DNA of 62,754 nt from Phascolarctobacterium sp. (GTDB lineage: Bacteria > Bacillota > Negativicutes > Acidaminococcales > Acidaminococcaceae). Numbering within the stretch: the first letter of the stretch is position 1; each line of letters opens with the position of its first letter. Below are positions 21,248 to 30,834 of this stretch, in pieces. A program made the translations under genes and the position numbers. Where the stretch lies: NCBI GenBank assembly GCA_021203775.1, contig JAJQAO010000015.1, forward strand, positions 1-62,754, read 5' to 3'. The notes under the pieces were generated by a model. The model searched no databases, had not been told where the DNA came from, and worked only from the letters and a program-made list of their open reading frames with translations.

Positions 21248-22273
21248 TTATTTGAACTGACGGATAAAACGCAAATCATTTTCAAAGAACAGGCGTAAAT
21301 CATCAATGCCGTATTTTAACATGGCAATACGTTCAACGCCCAGACCAAAGGCAAAACCACTCATAATTTCAGGATTATACCCGCTCATACTCAATACATT
21401 TGGATGTACCATGCCACTGCCCAGAATTTCCAGCCAGCCGGAATTCTTGCACACGCGACAGCCTTTTCCGCCGCAGATGACGCAGGAAATATCCACCTCT
21501 GCAGACGGCTCCGTGAAAGGGAAATAACTGGGACGAAGACGTATCTTAACACTGCTCCCAAACATTTCCCGTAAAAACATTTCCAAAGTTCCCTTTAAAT
21601 CCGCCAGACTGATATTCTTATCGACCAGCAGTCCTTCAACCTGGTGAAACATAGGCGAATGTGTTGCATCGTAATCACAACGATAAACCGTACCTGGAGC
21701 TATTACACGAACCGGACTGTTCGGTTCCCTGGACTGCATGGTACGGACCTGAACGGGAGAAGTCTGCGTCCTTAATAAGAATTCCTGAGTAATATAAAAC
21801 GTGTCCTGCATATCCCGCGCAGGATGATCCTGAGGAAGATTTAGTGCTTCAAAATTATAGTAATCGTTTTCAATTTCAGGTCCTTCCATAACATCAAATC
21901 CCATGCGCATGAAAATCTTTTTAATCTCGCGCAAGGTCAAAGTTACCGGGTGCAGATGTCCCTCCCGGTGCTTTCGTCCCGTCAGGCTGATATCCACCTT
22001 TTCATTGGCCAATTTATCTTCCAACGCTTTTTGTTCCCAGAGAGCTGTCTTTTTATTTATTTCAGCTTCCAAAATACTTTTTATTTCATTAGCTATCTGG
22101 CCTATTTGAGGACGCTCATCAGGCGGTAATTTGCCCATACCGCGCAATATTTCAGTCATAGGTCCTTTCCTGCCCAGATATTTAACCCGCAGTTCTTTAA
22201 GCGACTCTAAAGAATCCGCCTTCTCCACTTCAGATAAAGCCTTTTCTTTCAAAGCCCTTAATTCTTCCTTCAT
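21248..22273 (-). CDS. pheS: phenylalanine--tRNA ligase alpha subunit
   Basis: 341-aa ORF with class II motifs ([36 protein letters not shown]). Confidence 0.97.
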   Translation of the reverse strand: MKEELRALKEKALSEVEKADSLESLKELRVKYLGRKGPMTEILRGMGKLPPDERPQIGQIANEIKSILEAEINKKTALWEQKALEDKLANEKVDISLTGRKHREGHLHPVTLTLREIKKIFMRMGFDVMEGPEIENDYYNFEALNLPQDHPARDMQDTFYITQEFLLRTQTSPVQVRTMQSREPNSPVRVIAPGTVYRCDYDATHSPMFHQVEGLLVDKNISLADLKGTLEMFLREMFGSSVKIRLRPSYFPFTEPSAEVDISCVICGGKGCRVCKNSGWLEILGSGMVHPNVLSMSGYNPEIMSGFAFGLGVERIAMLKYGIDDLRLFFENDLRFIRQFK

Positions 22274-22304
22274 ACTCTCTTCCTCCTACATTATATTGAT
22301 TCTT

Positions 22305-22560
22305 TTGAGAAAAATAAAACCGCCCCTGTAAAAATTACAGGGGCGACATATCGCGGTACCACCCTTATTTATATGCTTCGTTTCGACCTTAACGCAGTCA
22401 ACGCCTGACCTACACGTCTCCATATTTTTCAGCCAGGTCGCTCCCAGGAGAACTTCAGTTGCCATATTACATACGAAGCTTACACCTCTGCCTTCGCTCT
22501 CTTAAATGCCTTTAACAACTTACTTTGCCTGTTCACAGCGCAGGAAATATATTCAATTTG
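22305..22560 (-). promoter_or_regulatory. T-box leader (Phe specifier) controlling pheST
   Basis: Minus strand has an AGAGAG box and a specifier context GAAG-TTC (TTC at 22450-22452). The conserved T-box GGGTGGTACCGCG is at 22352-22364. A terminator CGCCCCTGTAA-ttt-TTACAGGGGCG (22321-22345) plus T-run follows. Confidence 0.85.
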
Positions 22561-22566
22561 AAATTT

Positions 22567-22595
22567 ATTATAGCATATCCGATTTAAAATCACAA
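22567..22595 (-). promoter_or_regulatory. candidate pheST promoter
   Basis: Minus strand: TTGTGA (22590-22595), 17-nt spacer, TATAAT (22567-22572). Confidence 0.55.
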
Positions 22596-22611
22596 ACTGC
22601 TCTTAAAATAT

Positions 22612-23394
22612 TTACAGCCTTCTTCTTAAAATTTCAAACATCACAATAGCGGCAGCTACGGCTACATTCAGGGATTCGGCACGGCCTTCCATAGGTATAA
22701 AAACTTTTTTATCGGATGCTTCAATAAGTGTATCACTTACACCGCTAATTTCGCTGCCCATAACTATGGCCAGCTGCCCGCTCAAATCAGTTCCATAGAA
22801 ATTATCATCACCTTTTAAAGATGTAACCAGAAGGGTATAACCTGCTTCTTTTGCGGCAACAATAAATTCTTTTTCTTCAATACCGTCTAACACATTTAAA
22901 TTAAATAAAGATCCCATGGATGCACGTACGGCTTTAGGCGCATAAATGTCTGCACTGCCACGCAAGAGCACCACCCCTCCAAAACCTGCGGCATCAGCTG
23001 TACGTATTATTGTACCCACATTTCCCGGATCACTCACTCTATCTAAAACCAACAGCGTTTTGCCGTCAGCAAGCATTTCTTCCAGCTTAAGATGCTGCAT
23101 TTTACATACGGCAGCCAGCCCTGGAGGAGTTTCTGTATCAGCAATTTTTTTCATTACTCTGTCAGAAACGCATACTGACTTCACGTTTGCAGAAACGGCC
23201 TTTTTTAAAAGGTTTAATATACGCATATCTTCTGTATGTGTATAAAATAGAGTTTCTGCAGCGCCGCAGCTTACTGCTACCTCCACTGTATTCAACCCTT
23301 CAGCCAGAAACTTCTGTCTCTGCAGCCGGTATTTTTTCTGTTTAAGTTCCGCCGTTTCTTTGATAAGCGGATTTTGCAACGCCGTAATTTCCAT
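22612..23394 (-). CDS. TrmH/SpoU-family RNA 2'-O-methyltransferase
   Basis: SpoU motifs DRVSDPGNVGTIIRTADAAG, GSEISGVS and ESLNVAVAAAI. Start placed at ATG 23394 (MEITALQNP, AGGAG upstream). The track start at 23424 is also possible. Confidence 0.8.
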   Translation of the reverse strand: MEITALQNPLIKETAELKQKKYRLQRQKFLAEGLNTVEVAVSCGAAETLFYTHTEDMRILNLLKKAVSANVKSVCVSDRVMKKIADTETPPGLAAVCKMQHLKLEEMLADGKTLLVLDRVSDPGNVGTIIRTADAAGFGGVVLLRGSADIYAPKAVRASMGSLFNLNVLDGIEEKEFIVAAKEAGYTLLVTSLKGDDNFYGTDLSGQLAIVMGSEISGVSDTLIEASDKKVFIPMEGRAESLNVAVAAAIVMFEILRRRL

Positions 23395-23502
23395 TAACAG
23401 ATAACTCCTATTCCAAGCATTCACATGCCTTTGCCATACCCTTTATAACCAATAAATATATAATAAGGCTTATCTAAGATGCTGTAATATAATATATAAA
23501 AT

Positions 23503-23537
23503 AGTAAGACTGCTCCCTTAAGCGAAGCAGTCTTACT
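23503..23537 (-). terminator. intrinsic terminator after rplT
   Basis: AGTAAGACTGCT-N11-AGCAGTCTTACT, followed on the minus strand by a T-rich run. Confidence 0.75.
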
Positions 23538-23546
23538 TACTTTTTA

Positions 23547-23900
23547 TTACAGGGCTGCTTTGGCAGTCTCTACCAGTTTGCTGAAAGCAGCAGCATCAAA
23601 AATAGCCATATCAGCCAAGACCTTACGGTCAAGTGCAATGCCTGCTTTTGTAAGGCCGCAAATAAAACGGCTGTAACTCATGCCGTTGGCACGGGTTGCT
23701 GCATTGATACGGGCAATCCACAGACGCCGGAATTCGCGTTTTTTTGCACGCCTGTCGCGACGTGCATAGTATAAAGCCTTCATAACAGTTTCATTTGCTT
23801 TTTTAAACTGCTTACTCTTAGCCCCACGGTAACCCTTAGCCAATTTTAAAATATGCTTATGACGGCGGTGAGCAGTAACGCCGGTTTTTATTCTTGCCAT
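23547..23900 (-). CDS. rplT: 50S ribosomal protein L20
   Basis: 117-aa product [26 protein letters not shown]..., GAGGA SD. Confidence 0.97.
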   Translation of the reverse strand: MARIKTGVTAHRRHKHILKLAKGYRGAKSKQFKKANETVMKALYYARRDRRAKKREFRRLWIARINAATRANGMSYSRFICGLTKAGIALDRKVLADMAIFDAAAFSKLVETAKAAL

Positions 23901-23924
23901 TTTTAATCCTCCTTCAATCCCTTA

Positions 23925-24122
23925 TTATGCATAAGGTAACATCTTTGCTACGTGTTCGTGATCAGTCTTATGGACCAGACCTGCTTTACGCAGCTGCCTT
24001 TTGCGTTTAGGAGATTTATGCTCGAGAATGTGGCTTCTGAAATTTTTAAAATACTTAAATTCCCCAGACGCAGTCTTTTTAAAACGTTTTGCAGCTGATC
24101 TGCGGGTTTTCGTCTTAGGCAT
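23925..24122 (-). CDS. rpmI: 50S ribosomal protein L35
   Basis: 65-aa product [23 protein letters not shown].... ATG 24122 preceded by GAGGAGGAC. The track ORF is over-extended to 24161. Confidence 0.95.
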   Translation of the reverse strand: MPKTKTRRSAAKRFKKTASGEFKYFKNFRSHILEHKSPKRKRQLRKAGLVHKTDHEHVAKMLPYA

Positions 24123-24135
24123 ATTATGTCCTCCT

Positions 24136-24654
24136 CTATTTATTCGTTTTAGGCGCAACAATCATAATCATATTTCTTCCTTCAAGCTTTGGCATCCTTT
24201 CAATAGCCGCAACACCTTTAAGCTGGTCTGCCATTCTCTGCAGCAGTACTTCGCCTATTTCAGGATGTGTAAGCTCTCGCCCACGAAACATAATAGTAAT
24301 TTTAACTTTGTCCCCATCTTCAAGGAAACGAAATGCATTTTTTAACTTTACATTAAAATCATGATCTTCAATTCCCGGGCGCAATTTAACTTCTTTTACG
24401 TCAAAGGTTTTCTGTTTTTTTCTAACTTCCTTTTCCCTTTTCTGCTGTTCGTAACGATACTTGCCGTAATCCATGAGCCGGCACACCGGTGGTTTAGCTG
24501 TAGGCGCTATTTCAACCAAATCCAAGTGGCTTTCCAAAGCAATTTTCAGAGCATCCCGGCTAGGCATCACGCCAAGCTGTTCTCCACCCTCTGCAATAAC
24601 ACGGACTTCGCGTGCCCGAATCTCTTCATTGATCCGCAAGCTTTCTTTAGCTAT
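24136..24654 (-). CDS. infC: translation initiation factor IF-3 (probable non-canonical ATA start)
   Basis: IF-3 sequence ([13 protein letters not shown]..., [16 protein letters not shown]). The frame stays open upstream of the track's TTG to ATA at 24652-24654, which sits 7 nt after GGAGGTG. An in-frame stop lies at 24661. Confidence 0.88.
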   Translation of the reverse strand: MAKESLRINEEIRAREVRVIAEGGEQLGVMPSRDALKIALESHLDLVEIAPTAKPPVCRLMDYGKYRYEQQKREKEVRKKQKTFDVKEVKLRPGIEDHDFNVKLKNAFRFLEDGDKVKITIMFRGRELTHPEIGEVLLQRMADQLKGVAAIERMPKLEGRNMIMIVAPKTNK

Positions 24655-24671
24655 GACAGTTCACCTCCAGA

Positions 24672-24800
24672 ACATAAATAAAACGCGGGCAGATAAAATC
24701 CACCCGCGTAGGTATCGTATCCAACCCTGTCGAGCTATGGCCGCAAGGTGAGAAGCGAGTGGCTTCTGCTTTGTTGCCTGATTATGGTACCATATTATCC
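24672..24800 (-). promoter_or_regulatory. putative L20-type ribosomal-protein leader/attenuator of infC-rpmI-rplT
   Basis: Structured leader after a TTGACA box (24808-24813). Includes hairpin AGAAGC-N5-GCTTCT. Ends in terminator ACGCGGG-N13-CCCGCGT + TTTTATTT (24672-24709), about 10 nt before the infC SD. Confidence 0.45.
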
Positions 24801-24833
24801 CAAATTATGTCAATATTTTTTTGAAAATACTTT

Positions 24834-26744
24834 TTACTTTTTATCTGCTATTTCTTTTTGAAGCAAAGCAATGAACTCATCCTGTTCCATGCTTCCTATA
24901 TCATCTTTGCCACGGCAACGCACATTCACTGTGCCTTCCTCTATTTCTTTATCTCCTATTACCAAAGTATACGGCACTTTCTTTATTTGTGCCTCACGGA
25001 TTTTATAGCCAAGCTTCTCATTACGGTCATCAAGATGTGCCCTAATTCCTAAATTAAACATTTTATCTGCAAGTTCTTTGGCATATGTTACATGCTTATC
25101 CGTGATAGTCAGAACCCGTACCTGACATGGAGCCAGCCATACAGGAAAAGCGCCTGCATAATGCTCTATAAGAATACCTATGAAACGTTCAATAGAACCG
25201 TAAACGACACGATGTATCATTACTGGACGGTGTTTTAAGCCATCTTCCCCGATATACGTTAAATCAAATTTTTCAGGCAACAGCATATCCAACTGGATAG
25301 TTCCGCACTGCCAAGTGCGTCCGATAGAGTCAGTCAGATGAAAATCAATTTTAGGCCCGTAAAAAGCTCCGTCACCTTCATTTATAACATACGGAAGGCC
25401 AAAATCTTCCATGGCTGTTTGCAGTGATCTGGTAGTAATTTCCCATGTCTTGGCATCACCCATGGAATTTTCCGGACGGGTAGAGAGCTCAGCAGTATAT
25501 TTTAGGCCGAAGGTCGCATAAATCTCATCAAATAAACGAATTACATTTTGGATTTCATCTTTTATTTGTGATGGCATCATAAAAATATGGGCATCATCCT
25601 GGGTAAAACAACGCACCCGAAATAAACCATGCAGGGCTCCGCTCAGTTCGTGACGATGCACTAATCCCAACTCACCAACACGGAGAGGAAGTTCCCTATA
25701 GCTATGCGGGTGCAGCCTGTACACCAGCATTCCGCCAGGGCAGTTCATGGGTTTAATAGCATAATCCGCTTCATCAATTTTGGTAAAATACATATTTTCA
25801 CGGTAATGATCCCAATGTCCTGATTGTTCCCAAAGATTACGGGATAAAATCATGGGGGTTTTTATTTCCTGATAATCATAGCACCGATGTACTTGGCGCC
25901 AGTAATCAATCAGCTGATTGCGGATGATCATGCCATTTGGCAAAAAGAAAGGAAATCCGGGTCCCTCGTCCATAACAGCGAAAATGTCAAGTTCCCTGCC
26001 CAATTTACGGTGATCGCGACGTGCTGCCTCTTCAAGCATATGCAAATAATTATCCAAATCTTCTTTAGTCGCAAAAGCAGTACCGTAAATACGCTGCAGC
26101 ATTTTGTTTTTTTCATTACCCCGCCAGTAAGCACCTGCTATGCTCTGAAGTTTAAAGGCTTTTACCCTCCCAGTAGACGGACAGTGCGGTCCTGCGCATA
26201 AATCTGTAAAATCCCCCTGGGTATAGGTACTTATAACAGCTTCTTCCGGCAAATCATTAATTAATTCCACTTTATACTTTTCATCTTTGGCCCTGAACAT
26301 TTCCAATGCTTCGCTACGTGGAATTTCACTACGTACCAGAGGAATATTCTGCTTGATTATTCTGTTCATTTCTTTTTCTATATCACGCAGGTCATCCGGA
26401 GTGAATACATGCTCACTGTCAAGATCATAATAAAATCCATTGGCAATGGCCGGACCAATGGCAAATTTCACGTCTGGAAACAGATGTTGGATCGCCTGAG
26501 CCATGACGTGGGCTGCTGTATGCCTGATGGCATGCAGTCCTTCACTTGTTTCCGGTACAACAAACTCCACCTTGGCATCCATATCCAAAGTATCGCTCAA
26601 ATCCTTATTAACACCATCAACTATAGCCAATAACGCCTGTTTTCCCAGTTTATTGGATAAGCTTTTTGCAATTTCTGATAAACTTATACCGGCAGGAAAT
26701 TCCTTCACGCTATCGTCGTTTAAAGTTACCTTAATTTCAGCCAT
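24834..26744 (-). CDS. thrS: threonine--tRNA ligase
   Basis: Product of about 636 aa with TGS, second additional domain, class II core and anticodon-binding order. ATG 26744 (MAEIKVTLNDDS) preceded by GAGGAGGA. Confidence 0.97.
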   Translation of the reverse strand: MAEIKVTLNDDSVKEFPAGISLSEIAKSLSNKLGKQALLAIVDGVNKDLSDTLDMDAKVEFVVPETSEGLHAIRHTAAHVMAQAIQHLFPDVKFAIGPAIANGFYYDLDSEHVFTPDDLRDIEKEMNRIIKQNIPLVRSEIPRSEALEMFRAKDEKYKVELINDLPEEAVISTYTQGDFTDLCAGPHCPSTGRVKAFKLQSIAGAYWRGNEKNKMLQRIYGTAFATKEDLDNYLHMLEEAARRDHRKLGRELDIFAVMDEGPGFPFFLPNGMIIRNQLIDYWRQVHRCYDYQEIKTPMILSRNLWEQSGHWDHYRENMYFTKIDEADYAIKPMNCPGGMLVYRLHPHSYRELPLRVGELGLVHRHELSGALHGLFRVRCFTQDDAHIFMMPSQIKDEIQNVIRLFDEIYATFGLKYTAELSTRPENSMGDAKTWEITTRSLQTAMEDFGLPYVINEGDGAFYGPKIDFHLTDSIGRTWQCGTIQLDMLLPEKFDLTYIGEDGLKHRPVMIHRVVYGSIERFIGILIEHYAGAFPVWLAPCQVRVLTITDKHVTYAKELADKMFNLGIRAHLDDRNEKLGYKIREAQIKKVPYTLVIGDKEIEEGTVNVRCRGKDDIGSMEQDEFIALLQKEIADKK

Positions 26745-26759
26745 TATTTTTCCTCCTCT

Positions 26760-27015
26760 AATAAAACAAATAAACTCCATTCCCTAAAAAGGGACGGAGT
26801 TTTCCGCGGTTCCACCCTACTTGGCCATAAAACAGACCCCCTCGGTGCCGTTAACGCCGGCGGACGGACTGGCATACTTGCTTAAGCTTTCCGCAGTCAG
26901 TTTAAAGGTGGTACGATACAGCGCTTTTCTCTCTGCTCTCAGCAATTGCAGTATTTTCTGTAAAGATACCCGCTGTTGATTCCTTCGCATTACCGATAAC
27001 TGTTTTCATTTACCA
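26760..27015 (-). promoter_or_regulatory. T-box leader (Thr specifier) controlling thrS
   Basis: Minus strand has an AGCAGAGAGAAAAGC box and a specifier context GT-ACC-ACC (26907-26912). The T-box GGGTGGAACCGCG is at 26805-26817. A terminator hairpin (26773-26801) plus T-run follows. Confidence 0.85.
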
Positions 27016-27019
27016 GTTA

Positions 27020-27048
27020 ATTATAGCCATCCTGCCACTTTCTGTCAA
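27020..27048 (-). promoter_or_regulatory. thrS promoter (consensus sigma-70 type)
   Basis: Minus strand: TTGACA (27043-27048), exactly 17 nt, TATAAT (27020-27025). Confidence 0.7.
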
Positions 27049-27057
27049 TACCGTCTA

Positions 27058-27100
27058 TGGAAAAAAAAAATTACATTTAGTATAATAAATTTAAATGTAA
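27058..27100 (+). promoter_or_regulatory. candidate promoter with flanking dyad for the DUF4127-like gene
   Basis: -10 TATAAT (27081-27086) bracketed by the 9-bp inverted repeat TTACATTTA (27071-27079) / TAAATGTAA (27092-27100). Weak -35 TGGAAA. Confidence 0.4.
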
Positions 27101-27156
27101 ATGATTTCCAAAATATTAACTGACAGAAAATTTTCATCCAAGAAAGAAGTCCTTCC

Positions 27157-28719
27157 ATGTATGAAATAAAGAAATATACGGCAATCCTGTTTACTGCCTG
27201 CTGCCTTCTGGCTTTACCAGCACAGGCAAAAAAACTAACCATAATTTACGTTCCGCTGGATAACAGACCAGTCTGCGATGCATATGTACAACAGACGATG
27301 GCAGCAGTCGGCTGCAACATTATCATGCCGCCTGAAAAATATATTGCAGGACATGATAACAGCGGAGATGCCGAGGCTATATGCAGCTGGCTTCAGCACA
27401 AAGCACCCAAAGCCGATGCCGCAGTAATCAGCAGTGATTCGCTTATTTACGGCGGTTTAGTGGCATCAAGGACTCATCAAATCCCAGTGGAAACTTTAAA
27501 TAAGCGTTTAAAAAACCTCCATGATCTGGAAACTTCACTGCCAATTAAACTTTACGTTTTTTCCACTATCATGCGTACGCCTTATACCAGCTCTGGCAAT
27601 GTTGAACCTGAATATTACAGTAAGCTTGGCCCAGCAATTTTTACATACAGTCAGCTCCTCGACAAAGGCGAACAAAATAAGCTTTCCCTGCTTGAGCGGC
27701 TGAAAAAACAGGCCTTGGAACGCAATCTTCCGCGCAGGGAATTAAAAGACTGGCTGGACAGACGCAAAAAGAACCTTAACGTTAATCACGAGCTTACTAT
27801 CATGGCCCGCGGTAACAGATTCCATTACCTTGCCATAGGCAAAGATGACAATGCCGCACTCTCGGCAACTCATATGGAAGCACGTTCAATCAGCCGCAAC
27901 ACTTTTGATATTCCGGATAAAAAATTCCAAATCTTACCTGGCGTAGACCAACTGGGGCTTTTACTTTTAACTAGGGCATATAATGAAGCTAATGGCGTGA
28001 CGCCAGCTGTTTATCCGCTTTACAGCAGAGGTGCCGGTCCTTCTACGCTGCCACAATACAGCGATACAAGACTGCAGGATTCTGTACCTCAACAAATTAC
28101 CGCTGCAGGAGCGAAAAAGGCAACTAACATATCTTCAGCAGATTTGGTTTTAGCTCTCAATACTCCAGAAAACGGTATCATGCAGGATACAACTGCAGGT
28201 TCTAACCAGTTTTTTGCCTCGCCTGCCAATAAGGATTTCATTCTCAACCTTACAAAACAACTTAACGCCGGTCTCAAAGTTTCTCTTGCAGACGTCAGTT
28301 ACTCCAACGGTGCAGACAACGGCTTCATGGATGCGCTAGCCCGATCGGGGCAAGTTGAACGCCTAACAGCCTACAATGGCTGGAATACAGCTGATAATAC
28401 CATAGGTTTCGCTATTGCACAGGGAATACTATCAGTAGCAATGTCTCCTCAGCAATCCAACAAACTGATGCGCCAGCGGATTATTGATGATTGGTACTAT
28501 CAAAGTAATGCCCGAAACAGAATGATCGAATTTTTCAGGCAGAAGGGTCGCGAAAATTTAAGATACAATCTCGGGAAAGCAAATGAAGAGGTTTTAAAGC
28601 AGGTAACCAGTGATTGCCAGAATTTAGCCCGTAAATACTCTATTACCCATGACACTGCTTTTAAACTGAGTTTCCCCTGGAATAGGCTCTTTGAGATAGA
28701 TGTAGAAATAAAAAAATAA
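27157..28719 (+). CDS. exported protein of unknown function, DUF4127-like (paralog A)
   Basis: 520-aa ORF with a signal peptide (KKYTAILFTACCLLALPAQA/KK). Motifs VPLDNRPVC, ISSDSLIYGGLVASR, IGKDDN, AYNGWNTADNTIGFAIAQ and FPWNRLFEI are shared with ORF 42466..44112. The family assignment is from memory. Confidence 0.75.
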   Translation: MYEIKKYTAILFTACCLLALPAQAKKLTIIYVPLDNRPVCDAYVQQTMAAVGCNIIMPPEKYIAGHDNSGDAEAICSWLQHKAPKADAAVISSDSLIYGGLVASRTHQIPVETLNKRLKNLHDLETSLPIKLYVFSTIMRTPYTSSGNVEPEYYSKLGPAIFTYSQLLDKGEQNKLSLLERLKKQALERNLPRRELKDWLDRRKKNLNVNHELTIMARGNRFHYLAIGKDDNAALSATHMEARSISRNTFDIPDKKFQILPGVDQLGLLLLTRAYNEANGVTPAVYPLYSRGAGPSTLPQYSDTRLQDSVPQQITAAGAKKATNISSADLVLALNTPENGIMQDTTAGSNQFFASPANKDFILNLTKQLNAGLKVSLADVSYSNGADNGFMDALARSGQVERLTAYNGWNTADNTIGFAIAQGILSVAMSPQQSNKLMRQRIIDDWYYQSNARNRMIEFFRQKGRENLRYNLGKANEEVLKQVTSDCQNLARKYSITHDTAFKLSFPWNRLFEIDVEIKK

Positions 28720-28772
28720 ATACTGGTAAATCCGCAAATTTTTCCTGTAAGCTAATAACTGTTCAGACAAAG

Positions 28773-28823
28773 AGAGCATTTCATTTATAATTAATAAAAA
28801 CCATAAATGAAATGCTCTTTTTT
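28773..28823. terminator. terminator between the DUF4127-like gene and rnc
   Basis: AGAGCATTTCATTTA-N16-TAAATGAAATGCTCT followed by T6. Confidence 0.8.
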
Positions 28824-28831
28824 AATGTTAA

Positions 28832-29554
28832 TCAATGTAGCGGCGCATGCAGATTTTGCAATGCATCCTGCGCTGCATGCTGCTCCGCATCCTTTTTACT
28901 CCGTCCGCTTCCTTTTCCTATACTTCTGCCCTGCAACATAACCTCAGCCGTAAAAATTTTATTATGCTCCGGCCCGCTGCTGCTTATTATCCTGTAAGAA
29001 ATATCAGCATCCCCGTCCCGTTGCAGGTATTCCTGTAAATTAGTTTTAAAATCGCTATACACACCATGTGTACAAATATAATCTATTTCTTCCTGCATAA
29101 TTCCAAGCAGATAAGTTTGTGCCCGTTCTAATCCTTGGTCAAGATAACATGCTCCCAGCACGGCCTCAAAAGCGTCAGCCAGAAGAGACGGTCTCTCCCT
29201 CCCTCCACTTTGCTCTTCGCCCTTTCCCAGTAAAAGATAGTCACCTAAACAAATTGTTTTTGCAAATTTATACAGAGAAGCTTCACATACCAGATATGCA
29301 CGTAATTTAGTAAGTTTTCCCTCATCAAGTTTTGGAAAATTTTTATACATGTAAGTACTCACAATAACGCTTAAAACAGAATCTCCCAAAAACTCAATGC
29401 GCTCATTATGCTGCGGTTTTACTCTGCCTTTTGCTTCATGGGCATAGGAAGTATGAGTTAATGCCATATCCAGCAGGGACAAATCATTCATTTTAATGCC
29501 AATAATTTTGCAGAAATCCTGCAATTGCTGTACCCGCTTTTTTTGCATAGGCAA
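28832..29554 (-). CDS. rnc: ribonuclease III
   Basis: RNase III signature ERIEFLGDSVL plus a C-terminal dsRBD (GPEHNKIFTAEV...GSGRSKKDAEQHAA). Confidence 0.93.
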   Translation of the reverse strand: MPMQKKRVQQLQDFCKIIGIKMNDLSLLDMALTHTSYAHEAKGRVKPQHNERIEFLGDSVLSVIVSTYMYKNFPKLDEGKLTKLRAYLVCEASLYKFAKTICLGDYLLLGKGEEQSGGRERPSLLADAFEAVLGACYLDQGLERAQTYLLGIMQEEIDYICTHGVYSDFKTNLQEYLQRDGDADISYRIISSSGPEHNKIFTAEVMLQGRSIGKGSGRSKKDAEQHAAQDALQNLHAPLH

Positions 29555-29566
29555 TCAATCCCCATT

Positions 29567-30817
29567 CTATGCTTCATATTTTTTAAACACAAGACAGGCA
29601 TTATGGCCGCCAAAGCCAAAATTATTGCTAATAGCCACCTTTACTTCCGCTTTGCGGGCAATGTTGGGGACGTAATCTAAATCAAGTCCCCCTTCAAAAT
29701 CAGGATCTTCATAATTTATCGTGGGCGGGATAATACTGTTTTCAATCGTCAAAATAGAAGCAATAGCCTCTATTCCCCCTGCAGCACCTAGCAGATGTCC
29801 AATCATTGATTTATTAGAACTTATGGCTAATTTATAGGCATGCTCTCCAAAAACTTTTTTCACGGCAATCGTTTCTCCCAGATCATTAAGATGTGTAGAT
29901 GTGCCATGGGCATTGATATAATCAACATCCTGCGGCTCCAATCCCGCATCTTTAACCGCCGCTACCATACATTTTGCTGCCGTATCCCCGCTTGGATCTG
30001 GAGCAGTAATATGGTAGGCATCACAATTTAATCCATAGCCAACCATTTCTGCATAAATATGTGCCCCACGTGCTTTAGCATGTTCCAATTCTTCTAAAAG
30101 CAAAACTCCGGAACCCTCACCCATAACAAATCCGTTACGCTTTTTATCAAACGGACAAGATGCTTTATGCGGATTTTCGTTGTTAGTTGAAAGTGCTTTC
30201 ATATTGGTAAATCCGGCAACCGCAATAGGTGAAATAGCGGCTTCAGCACCTCCAGCCAGCATAACGTCAGCATCACCATACTGTATAGTACGGAAAGCAT
30301 CGCCAAGACAATTGGTCCCGGTAGCACAGGCAGTAACTATCGCCGTATTGGGCCCTTTAAATCCAAAAGCAATACCAATCTGCCCGGCAGGCATATTAGG
30401 AATTTCCATAGGTATAAAGAAAGGGCTGATTTTGCTGGCACCTTTTTCAGCAAATTTAAGGGACTGATCTAAAAACGTGTGAATGCCACCTATACCAGTA
30501 CCAACGCAGACACCACAACGCAGAGGATCTATTTTATCTAACTCAAGGCCCGAATCCAAGATAGTAATTTTAGCTGCAGCTACAGCAAACTGAGCCACCC
30601 TATCCATCCGTCTGCCTTCTTTTTTGTCACCATAATCGGCAAAATCAAAATCCCTAACCTCGCCGGCAATTTTTACATTAAAATCAGTGGAATCAAACTG
30701 AGTAATCAGTTCAATACCAGACTTGCCTGCAACAAGGTTACTCCAAAACACCTCTTTACCAGTGCCTATAGGCGTAATAGGACCTATACCGGTTACAACA
30801 ACTCTTCGTTTACTCAA
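29567..30817 (-). CDS. fabF: 3-oxoacyl-ACP synthase II
   Basis: 416-aa KAS II with active-site context VTACATG, and HGTSTxxND and GHLLGAAG motifs. Confidence 0.95.
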   Translation of the reverse strand: MSKRRVVVTGIGPITPIGTGKEVFWSNLVAGKSGIELITQFDSTDFNVKIAGEVRDFDFADYGDKKEGRRMDRVAQFAVAAAKITILDSGLELDKIDPLRCGVCVGTGIGGIHTFLDQSLKFAEKGASKISPFFIPMEIPNMPAGQIGIAFGFKGPNTAIVTACATGTNCLGDAFRTIQYGDADVMLAGGAEAAISPIAVAGFTNMKALSTNNENPHKASCPFDKKRNGFVMGEGSGVLLLEELEHAKARGAHIYAEMVGYGLNCDAYHITAPDPSGDTAAKCMVAAVKDAGLEPQDVDYINAHGTSTHLNDLGETIAVKKVFGEHAYKLAISSNKSMIGHLLGAAGGIEAIASILTIENSIIPPTINYEDPDFEGGLDLDYVPNIARKAEVKVAISNNFGFGGHNACLVFKKYEA

Positions 30818-30834
30818 AATTTTTCACCCCATAA

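Noticed and set aside
27045-27242. 65-aa minus-strand ORF overlapping the start of the DUF4127-like gene.
   Set aside because: It spans two promoters and an A10 run. It has no SD sequence and a Phe/Ile-rich nonsense composition. It is an AT-rich intergenic artefact.
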